Assembly (NCBI RefSeq): GCF_009914755.1
Contig: NC_060946.1
Origin: the human T2T-CHM13v2.0 reference genome, Homo sapiens
DNA: 64,000 nt
Strand: one strand, 5' to 3'
Below the pieces are notes generated by a model. It made no database searches and was not told where the DNA came from. It saw nothing but the letters and a program-made list of their open reading frames with translations. The position numbers and the translations under genes were made by a program. This document shows positions 40,347 through 51,553 of this stretch, piece by piece (the first letter of the stretch is position 1; every line of letters begins with the position of its first letter).

Positions 40347-42078
40347 CCTGGAGGAGGGCAGGGGGCGCGGACACTGGGCAGGGGCCGGGCATTTGCTCTG
40401 GAGGTGAACCTGGAGGAGGGCAGGGGGCGCGGACGCTGGGCAGGGGCCGGGCATTTGCTCTGGAGGTGAACCTGGAGGAGGGCCGGGGGCATGGATGCTG
40501 GGCAGGGGCCGGGCACTTGCCCTGGAGGTGAACCTGGAGGAGGGCTGGGGGCGCGGACGCGGGGCAGGGGCCGGGCATTTGCTCTGGAGGTGAACCTGGA
40601 GGAGGGCTGGGGGCATGGATGCTGGGCAGGGGCCGGGCACTTGCCCTGGAGGTGAACCTGGAGGAGGGCTGGGGGTGCGGACGCTGGGCAGGGGCCGGGC
40701 ATTTGCTCTGGAGGTGAACCTGGAGGAGGGCTGGGGGCGCGGACGCTGGGCAGGGGCCGGGCATTTGCTCTGGAGGTGAACCTGGAGGAGGGCCGGGGGC
40801 ATGGATGCTGGGCAGGGGCCGGGCATTTGCTCTGGAGGTGAACCTGGAGGAGGGCCGGGGGCATGGATGCTGGGCAGGGGCCGGGCATTTGCTCTGGAGG
40901 TGAACCTGGAGGAGGGCCGGGGGCGCGGACGCTGGGCAGGGGCCGGGCATTTGCCCTGGAGGTGAACCTGGAGGAGGGCCGGGGGCATGGATGCTGGGCA
41001 GGGGCCGGGCATTTGCCCTGGAGGTGAACCTGGAGGAGGGCCGGGGGCATGGATGCTGGGCAGGGGCCGGGCATTTGCTCTGGAGGTGAACCTGGAGGAG
41101 GGCCGGGGGCGCAGACGCTGGGCAGGGGCCGGGCATTTGCTCTGGAGGTGAACCTGGAGGAGGGCCGGGGGCATGGATGCTGGGCAGGGGCCGGGCATTT
41201 GCTCTGGAGGTGAACCTGGAGGAGGGCCGGGGGCGCGGACGCTGGGCAGGGGCCGGGCATTTGCCCTGGAGGTGAACCTGGAGGAGGGCCGGGGGCATGG
41301 ATGCTGGGCAGGGGCCGGGCATTTGCTCTGGAGGTGAACCTGGAGGAGGGCCGGGGGCGCAGACGCTGGGCAGGGGCTGGGCATTTGCTCTGGAGGTGAA
41401 CCTGGAGGAGGGCTGGGGGCATGGATGCTGGGCAGGGGCCGGGCACTTGCCCTGGAGGTGAACCTGGAGGAGGGCCGGGGGCATGGATGCTGGGCAGGGG
41501 CCGGGCATTTGCTCTGGAGGTGAACCTGGAGGAGGGCCGGGGGCATGGATGCTGGGCAGGGGCCGGGCATTTGCCCTGGAGGTGAACCTGGAGGAGGGCC
41601 GGGGGCGCGGACGCTGGGCAGGGGCCGGGCATTTGCTCTGGAGGTGAACCTGGAGGAGGGCCGGGGGATGGATGCTGGGCAGGGGCCGGGCATTTGCCCT
41701 GGAGGTGAACCTGGAGGAGGGCCGGGGGCGCGGACGCTGGGCAGGGGCCGGGCATTTGCCCTGGAGGTGAACCTGGAGGAGGGCCGGGGGCATGGATGCT
41801 GGGCAGGGGCCGGGCATTTGCTCTGGAGGAGGGCCGGGGGCATGGATGCTGGGCAGGGGCCGGGCACTTGCCCTGGAGGTGAACCTGGAGGAGGGCCGGG
41901 GGCGCGGACACTGGGCAGGGGCCGGGCACTTGCCCTGGAGGTGAACCTGGAGGAGGGCCGGGGGCATGGATGCTGGGCAGGGGCCGGGCATTTGCTCTGG
42001 AGGTGAACCTGGAGGAGGGCCGGGGGCGCGGACACTGGGCAGGGGCCGGGCACTTGCTCTCCGAAGTGAACCTGGAGG
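40347..42078. repeat. G-rich minisatellite, 62-bp unit x~28
   Basis: cctggaggagggccgggggcatggatgctgggcaggggccgggcatttgctctggaggtgaa; one unit lacks 12 nt near 41825, one lacks 1 nt near 41667. Confidence 0.98.
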
Positions 42079-42160
42079 CCTCTGCCACTTGGCTCTCTGG
42101 GTCGTGGGTCTGGCAAGGTCGGGGCCAGGAGGCCGCCCCGATGGTGCCTGTTGCTTTCAG

Positions 42161-42276
42161 GGCAGCGGGTGGCATGAGACGTGGGAACATGGGCCACCTC
42201 ACACGGATCGCCAACGCGGTGGTGCAGAACCTGGAGCGGGGCCCTGTGCAGACGCACATCAGCGAGGTCATCCGAG
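42161..42276 (+). CDS. PPP6R2: PPP6R2 coding exon 11 (AAGGMRRGNMGHLTRIAN...EVIR)
   Basis: ctttcag| and GAG|gtgagc; 116 nt; conserved R.G.MGHLT.IAN motif. Confidence 0.96.
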
Positions 42277-43561
42277 GTGAGCCCCCAACCCGGTCATCCT
42301 TCTGCTGGTCGCGGGCACCGGGACCCCGAAGGAGCTGCCGCCTGAGACTAAGCTCTGCCCGGCAGCAGGTGCTGACTGCACTGACAGTGAGAGACCCATG
42401 GCCACCTCTGTCCTCTCACTTCACACATCACATCTCTCCTCGTGGGGGCCTGGGTCTCATGTGTCAGTTCTATTGGGCGGACTTCTGTGGAGACCCTGCC
42501 AGGCGTCAGCGTGTGGCACAAGAGACAGTCCCTCCCGGGGTAGTTGGTGACTCCGGAGCTGGCACTCAGAAGCCGTTAGCGCCACCGGGCTCCTTGCAGC
42601 TCAGGGAGCCCTGCCTGGCTAGGCTGTCCTGGCTGTGTGCTCTGCACTCAGGTGATTGGAGAGTCTCATTCTCACTCAGGTGTGAGATTTCGTAGCACAA
42701 GTCTCAGGGGAGCAGGTTGCAGCCTGTTTCTTAAGAACGCAGTGGGTTAGGTGGGCGCAGGCACAGCACATGTGTGGCAGAGGCGGGCCCAGCTGTGGCC
42801 TCTCCTCCCTATACCCGTGTAAGGTGAGGAAGCTCTGGATAGTCCTCCCCGCACCCCAGGACCATAGTGAGGGGACTCCTGGGTTGGGCTCCATTAGCCC
42901 CTGGCGAGGTCAGGCCTGCCGGCTGCCATCACAAATAATAAAAGCAGGGCAGGAGGAGCTTCCCCACATCCTGGAGGGCAAAGTAGATGGGTGGAGGTGG
43001 AGGCCAGGGACAGCTCCCCAGGGCAGGGGCAGTTTAAGGAGGCGAGGGGCAAGCAGGAAGCTGTTGGATCATTCCATACGATCTCCAGATTGTGAATCCT
43101 TCCAGGACTCTGACCTCTCCGGAAAAACAGGCAGGACACGCGCCCAGGCCTGTAGGCTGCTGCTGAGTTTGGGCCTGTGAGGTGGGGGGAAGGAAGCTGG
43201 CTGCTTTCTCAGATTCTGTTCCACGGCTTCTGCGTTTCTGGGAGTTCCTCAGAATGGGCTTCCACCCAACAGACTTGGAACTCAGATGCCCACTGGGGTT
43301 TCGGTAGGGGCAGAAGTGCCCACCACCCTGCCCACAGGTGCTGCACCTCAATCTCACTGTGGCCCCAGGCCCCTCCGGATACGCGGCTATGCTGCCTCTT
43401 TCTCATCCGGCAAAGCCCCTGCTTCAGGCCCTCAGACGGGCTGACCACAGTAGCAGCGCCCCATCCTCCCGGACCCAGGATGCACCTGCCGGAGCCCCCG
43501 GGTGCCCTGCACCATCTGCACGGGGTCTCCCAGGGCTCACCAGGCAGCACTTCCCTTGCAG

Positions 43562-43647
43562 GGCTCCCTGCGGACTGCCGTGGCCGCTGGGAGAGCTTCG
43601 TGGAGGAGACGCTGACGGAGACGAACCGCAGGAACACTGTGGACCTG
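43562..43647 (+). CDS. PPP6R2: PPP6R2 coding exon 12 (LPADCRGRWESFVEETL...TVDL)
   Basis: cttgcag| and CTG|gtgagg; 86 nt. Confidence 0.95.
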
Positions 43648-44182
43648 GTGAGGAGGCTTGGGGCTGCCCCCTCGGTGCACGCACGGTGCTGGGACGCCGT
43701 CAGACGCTCCTGCCTTTGCCCTGAGGCAGAGGCCAAGGGAGGCACAAGGGCCGCACGCCTGCCTGCTCCTCTTGACTATGCGGTGCCCCTGCATAGTGTG
43801 TCCTCCGGGCTGATGTCCGTAACAGAGACCCCGTCCTGTGCCACACCCAGGGCTGGGTCTCTGAGGACCTCTGTGCAGAGCCGGTGTTGGCCTCAGGTCC
43901 CTTTCCTCCCACTCCAGGAGCTGTAGCTTGTTGGCAGAGGGCTCCTTTTGCCTGAGACCCACAACCTGCCCCCTGCACATGGAGGTCGGGCTGTCACGGG
44001 GCCTTGGCCTCACCTAGGCACCTCCTTACACAGCACGGCCTCCTGGGCCCAGAGATCTGATGAGTGATGTGCTGGGTGGGGTCTGGGAGCCCTGGGCTGG
44101 GCATGGTCCTGGGCGCTGGGCTGGGTGGGGTCTGGGGCGCTGGGCTGGCTCACACGCCCACCCCATCTGGCCTGTGTTTTAG

Positions 44183-44263
44183 GTGAGCACTCACCACCTT
44201 CACTCCTCAAGTGAGGACGAGGACATTGAGGGTGCTTTCCCTAACGAGCTGTCCCTTCAGCAG
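44183..44263 (+). CDS. PPP6R2: PPP6R2 coding exon 13, frame-neutral and probably a cassette (VSTHHLHSSSEDEDIEGAFPNELSLQQ)
   Basis: ttttag| and CAG|gtgagg; 81 nt, phase 0/0. Confidence 0.92.
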
Positions 44264-44700
44264 GTGAGGGCGTGGCCGGCACCTGCACCCTGCCGGGCCC
44301 TTCCCGGCACCTGTGTGCGCTGCGCTTGGTCCTCCAGACGAGTCTGATGGCATCTCACTAGCAAAGGGGAGCGGGGGCTCGTCTCCGAGCACGTATGGGG
44401 CGGGGTGGGTCTGAAGGGAGAACCCCAAAGTCACTCCACCTTGATGAGAGCACTGAGGACACGGCAGATGGACTCGAAAGTCAGAGAATATGGGGCGTAT
44501 CTCAGATGTGTCCGCAGCGAGCGCGCAGCCTGAGTTTTGGTAGAATCGTGAGCCCTGAACAGAGTTTACTGCCCACTTGTGCTGGAGGAGAAGCTCCCGA
44601 ACAACTAGAGAGATTGTGGTTCCCAAAGAGCAGCCTCCAGGCCTGATGCCTCCTCCATGACCGGTGTCTGTCCGTCCCTCCCTCCCTCCCTCCCTCCCAG

Positions 44701-44798
44701 GCCTTCTCTGACTACCAGATCCAGCAGATGACAGCCAACTTCGTGGATCAGTTTGGCTTCAATGATGAGGAGTTTGCCGACCAGGACGACAACATCAA
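44701..44798 (+). CDS. PPP6R2: PPP6R2 coding exon 14 ([25 protein letters not shown]...)
   Basis: (ccct)n tract + cag|, AA|gtgagt; 98 nt. Confidence 0.96.
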
Positions 44799-45037
44799 GT
44801 GAGTCTACTTGGAGCGCACTCTGCACGAGGCGCGGCTCTCCCCGCTGCTGAGCTCCCGTGGAGGCAGCTCCCTGAGGTCTTGCCGGGAGTGCCGTCTGAT
44901 GTCCCCGGGAGACAGCAGGTGTTCCCAGTTGTGTGAGGGTGCTGAGGCCCCCGATGAGCACCGGGGGAGGAGCACTGAGGCCCCAGATGAGCAGTGGGCC
45001 CGGAGGAACGCTGAAGCCATCCCCCTTGCTCTTGCAG

Positions 45038-45095
45038 TGCCCCGTTTGACAGGATCGCAGAGATCAACTTCAACATCGACGCTGACGAGGACAGT
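45038..45095 (+). CDS. PPP6R2: PPP6R2 coding exon 15 (APFDRIAEINFNIDADEDS)
   Basis: cttgcag| and AGT|gtgagc; 58 nt. Confidence 0.94.
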
Positions 45096-45368
45096 GTGAG
45101 CAAGCCGGGCTGTGTGGGGTGCGGCCACCCTTTTCCCAGGCAGCTCAGGCCATGCCCATGGCTCGGTCTGTCATGGGCCTGTGCGGTGGGGCTGGGAGAG
45201 GCCCCTCTGTGGAGCTCGGAACAGTCGCTTTCCTTGCCCCTCCCCGTCCTCCCCTCCAGCCCGGGGCTCCCACATCCCGAACTAAGCCCCTGTGGGAGCT
45301 CTATGGGGAGAGCGGCTCCTGTCTCCCCCAGACCCTCTGGAAACTCACCTTGGCGTTTTACTCTGCAG

Positions 45369-45493
45369 CCCAGCGCAGCTCTGTTTGAGGCCTGCTGCAG
45401 TGACCGCATCCAGCCCTTTGATGATGATGAGGACGAGGACATCTGGGAGGACAGTGACACTCGCTGTGCTGCCCGGGTGATGGCCAGACCCAG
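45369..45493 (+). CDS. PPP6R2: PPP6R2 coding exon 16 (PSAALFEACCSDRIQPFDDDEDEDIWED...)
   Basis: ctgcag| and CAG|gtgcgg; 125 nt. Confidence 0.95.
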
Positions 45494-45793
45494 GTGCGGG
45501 GCCTGCCCATCCCCACAAAGCCTCTGCCGAGGAGGTTCAGCCCCCAGAACACCTGTCAGACGCCCTGTGGTTCGTTAGCTGGCTTGCAGAGCAGCCACAC
45601 CTGTCCTGCCAGCTCTGGGGCCCAATGCAGCGGGTGACCCTAAGGAGCCCAGAGCTGAGGCCTGGAGCGTCTCGTGCTCCTCTCTCGAGACGATCTGTGC
45701 TCACCCTCAGCCCCGAGCCTGGGGCCGCCACTGACCCTCCATGTTAGGCGTCCGTCCTGGGCCACCAGACATCTGACTCTGAATCTCCCCCAG

Positions 45794-45957
45794 GTTTGGA
45801 GCCCCCCATGCTTCAGAGAGTTGCTCAAAGAATGGCCCAGAGCGTGGAGGCCAGGATGGGAAGGCGAGCTTGGAAGCACACAGAGATGCACCTGGGGCAG
45901 GTGCCCCACCGGCCCCCGGGAAGAAGGAAGCCCCCCCTGTGGAGGGTGACTCAGAAG
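45794..45957 (+). CDS. PPP6R2: PPP6R2 coding exon 17 (FGAPHASES...VEGDSE)
   Basis: ccccag| and AAG|gtggtg; 164 nt. Confidence 0.92.
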
Positions 45958-46895
45958 GTGGTGCTGGGCGCCAGGGGCTGGGAGTGTGGGTATCGGGGAC
46001 AGGACATGGTACCCCGGCCTGGGTGTTGTGGAGGCTTCATTTGGAGCTGAGGCATTTGGGGCTCACTGTGGCCCGGAGCCTGAATCCCCAGCTATTTCCC
46101 AGCCGTCCTGAGTAGGGGTCTGTGCTGCGCTGTGCCCAGCGCAAGGTGGCCTCCTGCCCCTGCCTTGCAGTTGTGGTCACTCAGCCACGTTGCCAAGGCT
46201 GGTGGGTGGTGTCCACCTAGTCTCCATCGTCCGTCCAGCCCCCACACAGTCAGGCACAGGCCTGACGCCCTCCCCAGCACAGCAGCACAGGCCGGCCGCC
46301 ACCTTCATGGCCGACATCTATGGCAGGAGCCAGTCCACCTCACAGGCCGCATGGCTGATGAGACCCCTCTCCTTACCCTGCCCTGGGGGCAGCACTGAGG
46401 CACTCAGGACTTTGGTGGCGGGGGCAGAGATCTCTGTTAGGAGGGGCTGAGCTCTTCGCTGACAGAGCAAGGGTGACACCCTGGGGAAGCAGGAACATCC
46501 CAGATAGGAGGAAGACACCCCATCCTCGAGGCCAGGAAGGGGCCAGTGGTGCTCGGTGAGCTGCCGGCTCTGTGGGTTGCGGTCCTGGGTAGGACAGGGC
46601 AGTGGCATCACCTCCACACTGTCAGTGTCAGTCCTGCTGGAGGCCTGGGGGCCCTCAGGCACCTGACTGAGCCCCAGGTCACACGCCCCATGGGTGTCGG
46701 CAGCTTGTCAGGACCCTCGAGCTGTCCCCTGTTGCTCCTTGAGGGGCTGACGGGCACTGCCTGGGCCTCCCTCCTGGAGCAGCCCCATCTTCCTGTCAAC
46801 CTCTGAGGGGCTCCCGGGGCAGGGGCGCTGCCTCCCCTTTGCCTGCAGCACCCCAGGCCTGCCCACGCCTGACCACTGTGTCTCTCCCCCAGCAG

Positions 46896-47052
46896 GCGCC
46901 ATGTGGACGGCAGTGTTTGATGAGCCAGCGAACTCAACGCCCACAGCCCCAGGAGTGGTGAAGGACGTGGGTTCCAGTGTGTGGGCAGCTGGCACCTCAG
47001 CTCCAGAGGAGAAAGGCTGGGCCAAGTTCACTGACTTCCAACCTTTCTGCTG
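46896..47052 (+). CDS. PPP6R2: PPP6R2 coding exon 18 (AMWTAVFDEP...GWAKFTDFQPFC); NAGNAG alternative start 46893
   Basis: cagcag| and TG|gtaaca; 157 nt. Confidence 0.93.
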
Positions 47053-47155
47053 GTAACAAATGCGCTGGCAGGAGGGGGCTGTGCCAGGAAGTGCCTGTCA
47101 GGGCCAGGAGGCACCTGTCCCCCAGGACTGATCCTGTCCTCGTCCTTGTATGCAG

Positions 47156-47244
47156 CTCCGAGTCAGGGCCCAGGTGCAGCTCTCCGGTGGACACAGAATG
47201 CAGCCATGCTGAGGGCAGCCGGAGCCAAGGCCCTGAGAAAGCCT
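47156..47244 (+). CDS. PPP6R2: PPP6R2 coding exon 19 (SESGPRCSSPVD...PEKA)
   Basis: tgcag| and CCT|gtgagt; 89 nt. Confidence 0.93.
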
Positions 47245-48012
47245 GTGAGTAGGAGCAGTGCAGGCGGCACCCAGCCTTGCCCAGTTTAAGGCCTGAGGCC
47301 AGCTGGCCCCCCTCCTTGGGGGCAGTGGGAGGAGGTGGCCGGGGCCTCGCATGCTGCTACGTCTCTGGTGACATTGGGGTTTGATACAGCAATGGGACTG
47401 GAGCAGCCACGTGTAGATGGGGAGGCCCCCAGAGGGGAGGCAGCAAGGCCATTGGGCTGGCTCTGAGCCTGGTCTGAGTAGGTGGCACAGCTCAGGTCTG
47501 CACCCTGGATTCCGGACAGCAGCACTGGGACCCCAGCATTGAGATGTGTGTGGGTGGGTTGTTGGCAGGAAGCTGTTCTGTGGCCTGATCAGAGCCCCTG
47601 GCCCCCAGCCCCCTAGTCAGGCTCAGAAGCTCCCCCAGATAAGGCTGAGAGCTCCAGGTGACAGCTGGCTCCCAACACTGGTGTCCCCAGTTTTGGGGTC
47701 CTTTGGGCTTAAAGGAGCTGTGGCAGGACCACACGAGGCGGAGTGGGCCCCTCCCTGAGCCTCTGCGTCCTCCTGTGAGACCAGGGCATGTGTCCCTGTA
47801 TCATGGGGGAGGCAACAGGGTTGTTTGTGTGGAGACCCCATGGCAGGTGCGTGAGCCTGTCTGCCTCATCATGCGGCTCCCACACAGGCACATGTGTGCA
47901 GGCAACAGGCTGCATGTGAGAGGGCCACATGTATGGGGACCCTATGGCTGGAGTGGCCGCACCCTGTGACCCCTCCTGCCTCACTGGACAGCACAGGCCT
48001 CCTACTTTGCAG

Positions 48013-48217
48013 TCAGCCCGGCTTCTCCATGTGCCTGGAACGTGTGTGTCACCAGGAAGGCCCCCCTGCTGGCCTCTGACAGTAGCTCCTCTGGGGGCTC
48101 CCACAGCGAGGATGGCGACCAGAAGGCAGCGAGTGCCATGGATGCGGTGAGCAGGGGTCCCGGCCGGGAGGCCCCCCCGCTGCCCACAGTGGCCAGGACA
48201 GAGGAGGCTGTCGGCAG
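48013..48217 (+). CDS. PPP6R2: PPP6R2 coding exon 20 (SPASPCAWNVCVTRK...EAVG); alternative acceptor at 47992 adds 7 aa
   Basis: tttgcag| and CAG|gtgtgt; 205 nt. Confidence 0.92.
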
Positions 48218-49732
48218 GTGTGTGGGGCGTGGCGGGGGCGGGCCTGCCGGGTGCATAGGGCGTGGCTTCCAGGCTCTGTCCCCAGGTCTCAGCTCCCCTG
48301 AGAGGAGGTGAGGCCAGGCCAGGGTCTTCTCCACACTGCCTCCCCCATGGCCCCGTGACCCTTCAGAGGCTGGCTGAGGCGGCGGTGGTGCCCACGCGTT
48401 TACGTGGAGGCCGGATGGGAGAAGTGTGGGGCCTTCTTTCGTGGACAGAACATCGTGTTCTCTGTTGTGAGTGGTTAAGACAAGAAGACAGGGCCTGGAT
48501 GTCCCAGACAGTCCCCCAGGGACTTGGGGGAGCAGCCCCTACCCCAGATCCCAGTTGGAGAGAACAGCCCAGCTCTTGGGGCTCTGGGCCTGGCTGAGCC
48601 GCCTGGGATCTGGGTACCCTGGTGGTCGGGGAGGGGCACAGACTTTTAAGTCTGGCAGGCGAGCGGGCATCTGTGGGGCTCACGCAGACCTCGCCTGCTG
48701 CTCCCCTTCCACGGGAGGCCTATGATTCCGAGACGCCTCAGAAGCAGGATAGTAGGATGGGGGGCGGCGGCCTCAGGACTGCACTGGGGGCATCCAAATC
48801 CTGACTGAGAGTTGGAGGCAGCTTGCAGGCTGGCAGAGGCCCAGGCTCCCTTGAGCCCCCAAGAGCCATCCCTGGGGAGAGAGTGGAGAGGGAGGCTCTC
48901 CCTGTGAGGAGGTTGGAGGCTGGCCGGCCCCTCCAGCAAGCTGAACCCCATCCGTCCCCAGGGCCACAGGAAGGTCCCTGGGATCCTTCAGTAAACAGAT
49001 ACCTCTCTGGCCTCTGGGGTCAGGGCGTGGGTTAGCAGGAGGGCAGGACCGCTGGGGTAGATGCCAGGGCCAGGTAAACCTGAGGGGGAGGGTAGGACTG
49101 GGCTTGACGTGGGGAGGAGGGCGCACCCAGCAACGGCACAGCTGTGCAAAGACCCTGAGGCCTGAGCTCCCAGTAGGTCCAGGCAACAGTGGGGAAGTCC
49201 TCGGGCTGGATTCCTCTAGGAGGGGACAAGGTGCCTTTCACATCTGGTGGTGCATCCCAGTCACTCCTGGCTCCATGGTTGTGAAGGGCCTGCCTGGAGC
49301 GGGGTGAGGGTGTCCCCCAGCCTCACCGCCCAATGCAGCTCAGCCTGCATGCGTCCCACCTGTACTACCCTTCCCCCACAGGTGGGGCAGGCCTGACACC
49401 TCAGAGGGTCCTGCTCACTGACCCCCGGCAATCCTGGAGAGTCTGTGTGGTACTGGGGCTCCGGGCATCTCCCCCAGCCAAGCTGCAAGCTCAGCACCAG
49501 GCTGGCTCTCCCCGCCCTGTTGACCAGCAGGCCCCGTCTGTGCTCACAGCTCCTCCCCTTGTTTGGCCACCCTGTCTTCAGGGCATCTGCAGCAAGTGGG
49601 GGGCACAGCACGGGAAACGGGGCCAAGGCCGTTTCCCGATGCCGGCAGTCACTGGGAAGCCCAGGCCAGAGCCCCTCGGGTTGAAAGTCATACAGAGTTC
49701 CTGTGTGGGCTTCATTCCTTCTTAAAGTTTAG

Positions 49733-50360
<628 letters not shown>

Positions 50361-51060
50361 AAACCTTTACCCACTTCTCCTAAACAACCCCTAAAAAACT
50401 GCTCTGAAAAGCAGGGAATATCATTGTGCAAAGTAAGTTGTTTTTTTCCACGGGGCTGTCTGCGTAAAACTTGCCACTTAGAGCCCTGCCTGCACCGTCG
50501 TCACGGCCCAGCCTGCAGGTGAGCTTCCTCGCGCCCCCGCCTGACCTGAGTGCCCCTCCCTGAGTCAGACACAGTGTCGTCGCCCTGCAGGAAGCCAGGG
50601 GGCCCGTCTGCTGCTCGTGGCCAGGCTGGGCCTTGGGGTGCCCGACCCCCTCCAGAGCAAGCCCCTTAGATGCCCGGCAGGGTCCTCTCTACCCTCCCAT
50701 CCCCTGGGAGGTTTCCCCACACTGTGTCCAGTGTGAGGCTGAAGTTGAGATCATAGCACAGGAGGCTCTGGGGTCCTTGAAGAATGAGGCGCTTGATGAT
50801 GAGCAGGATCTGAGTGCTGCCTGGAGGAGGTTTGAGGTCATCAATGGACAGGCAGCTTGTCCCAGTACTTGGAACTTGGGGCAGCAGAGCTGCCTAGCTG
50901 GGCACAACCTGGGCCACCCCACAAAGGGCAGGAGTGAGAGGGGCCAAAGATGGTGCTCCCAGGCCGCCTGGACCTTTTTGTCCAGCTGGTCCTTGGGCAT
51001 GAGGCGGGGTGGCACTGAGGGTGGGGGTGCCCGTAACCGGAGTCCATGTTTGCCACACAG

Positions 51061-51312
51061 GGTCGGGTGTGCTGACAGCCGGCTGTTAAGCCCTGCCTGC
51101 CCCGCGCCAAAGGAAGTGACTGCTGCCCCAGCCGTGGCTGTGCCCCCCGAGGCTACTGTGGCCATCACCACAGCACTGAGCAAGGCTGGCCCCGCCATAC
51201 CCACCCCAGCAGTCTCTTCTGCACTGGCCGTGGCGGTCCCCCTAGGGCCCATCATGGCAGTCACAGCAGCCCCAGCCATGGTGGCCACCCTGGGGACAGT
51301 GACAAAGGACGG
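51061..51312 (+). CDS. PPP6R2: PPP6R2 coding exon 21 (VGCADSRLLSP...VTKDG; Ala/Pro/Val-rich)
   Basis: cacacag| and GG|gtgagc; 252 nt. Confidence 0.92.
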
Positions 51313-51393
51313 GTGAGCAGGTTGAGTGTGGGGGTAGGGGGTGTGGACAGGGCCCACAGCCCGCACGGTTCCAACCCCACCCCATTCCTGCAG

Positions 51394-51442
51394 GAAGACA
51401 GATGCCCCGCCAGAAGGAGCTGCCTTAAATGGCCCAGTGTGA
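51394..51442 (+). CDS. PPP6R2: PPP6R2 last coding exon (KTDAPPEGAALNGPV*)
   Basis: cctgcag|; TGA 51440-51442. Confidence 0.95.
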
Positions 51443-51547
51443 TGCTGCTGCCGCCCGGCCACGGCCCACCCTGGTCAGGCTGCCTCCTTAATCGAGAAAA
51501 CTACCTGGTGATGCAATCTTTTTTTTTTTAATTTAATTTAATTTTAA

Positions 51548-51553
51548 AATAAA
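51548..51553 (+). terminator. PPP6R2 proximal poly(A) signal AATAAA
   Basis: AATAAA about 105 nt after the stop, preceded by a U/AU-rich tract. Confidence 0.75.

Noticed and set aside
43177-43926. 249-aa ORF spanning the exon at 43562-43647, and the similar 41970-42695 ORF
   Set aside because: Read-through of GC-rich intron flanks; only the splice-bounded parts resemble SAPS protein
44941-44998. Short ~33-bp degenerate duplication (ctgaggcccc.gatgagca)
   Set aside because: Two imperfect copies; common slippage with no functional cue
50689-51462. 257-aa minus-strand ORF
   Set aside because: Antisense shadow of GC-rich PPP6R2 coding sequence with no recognisable domain
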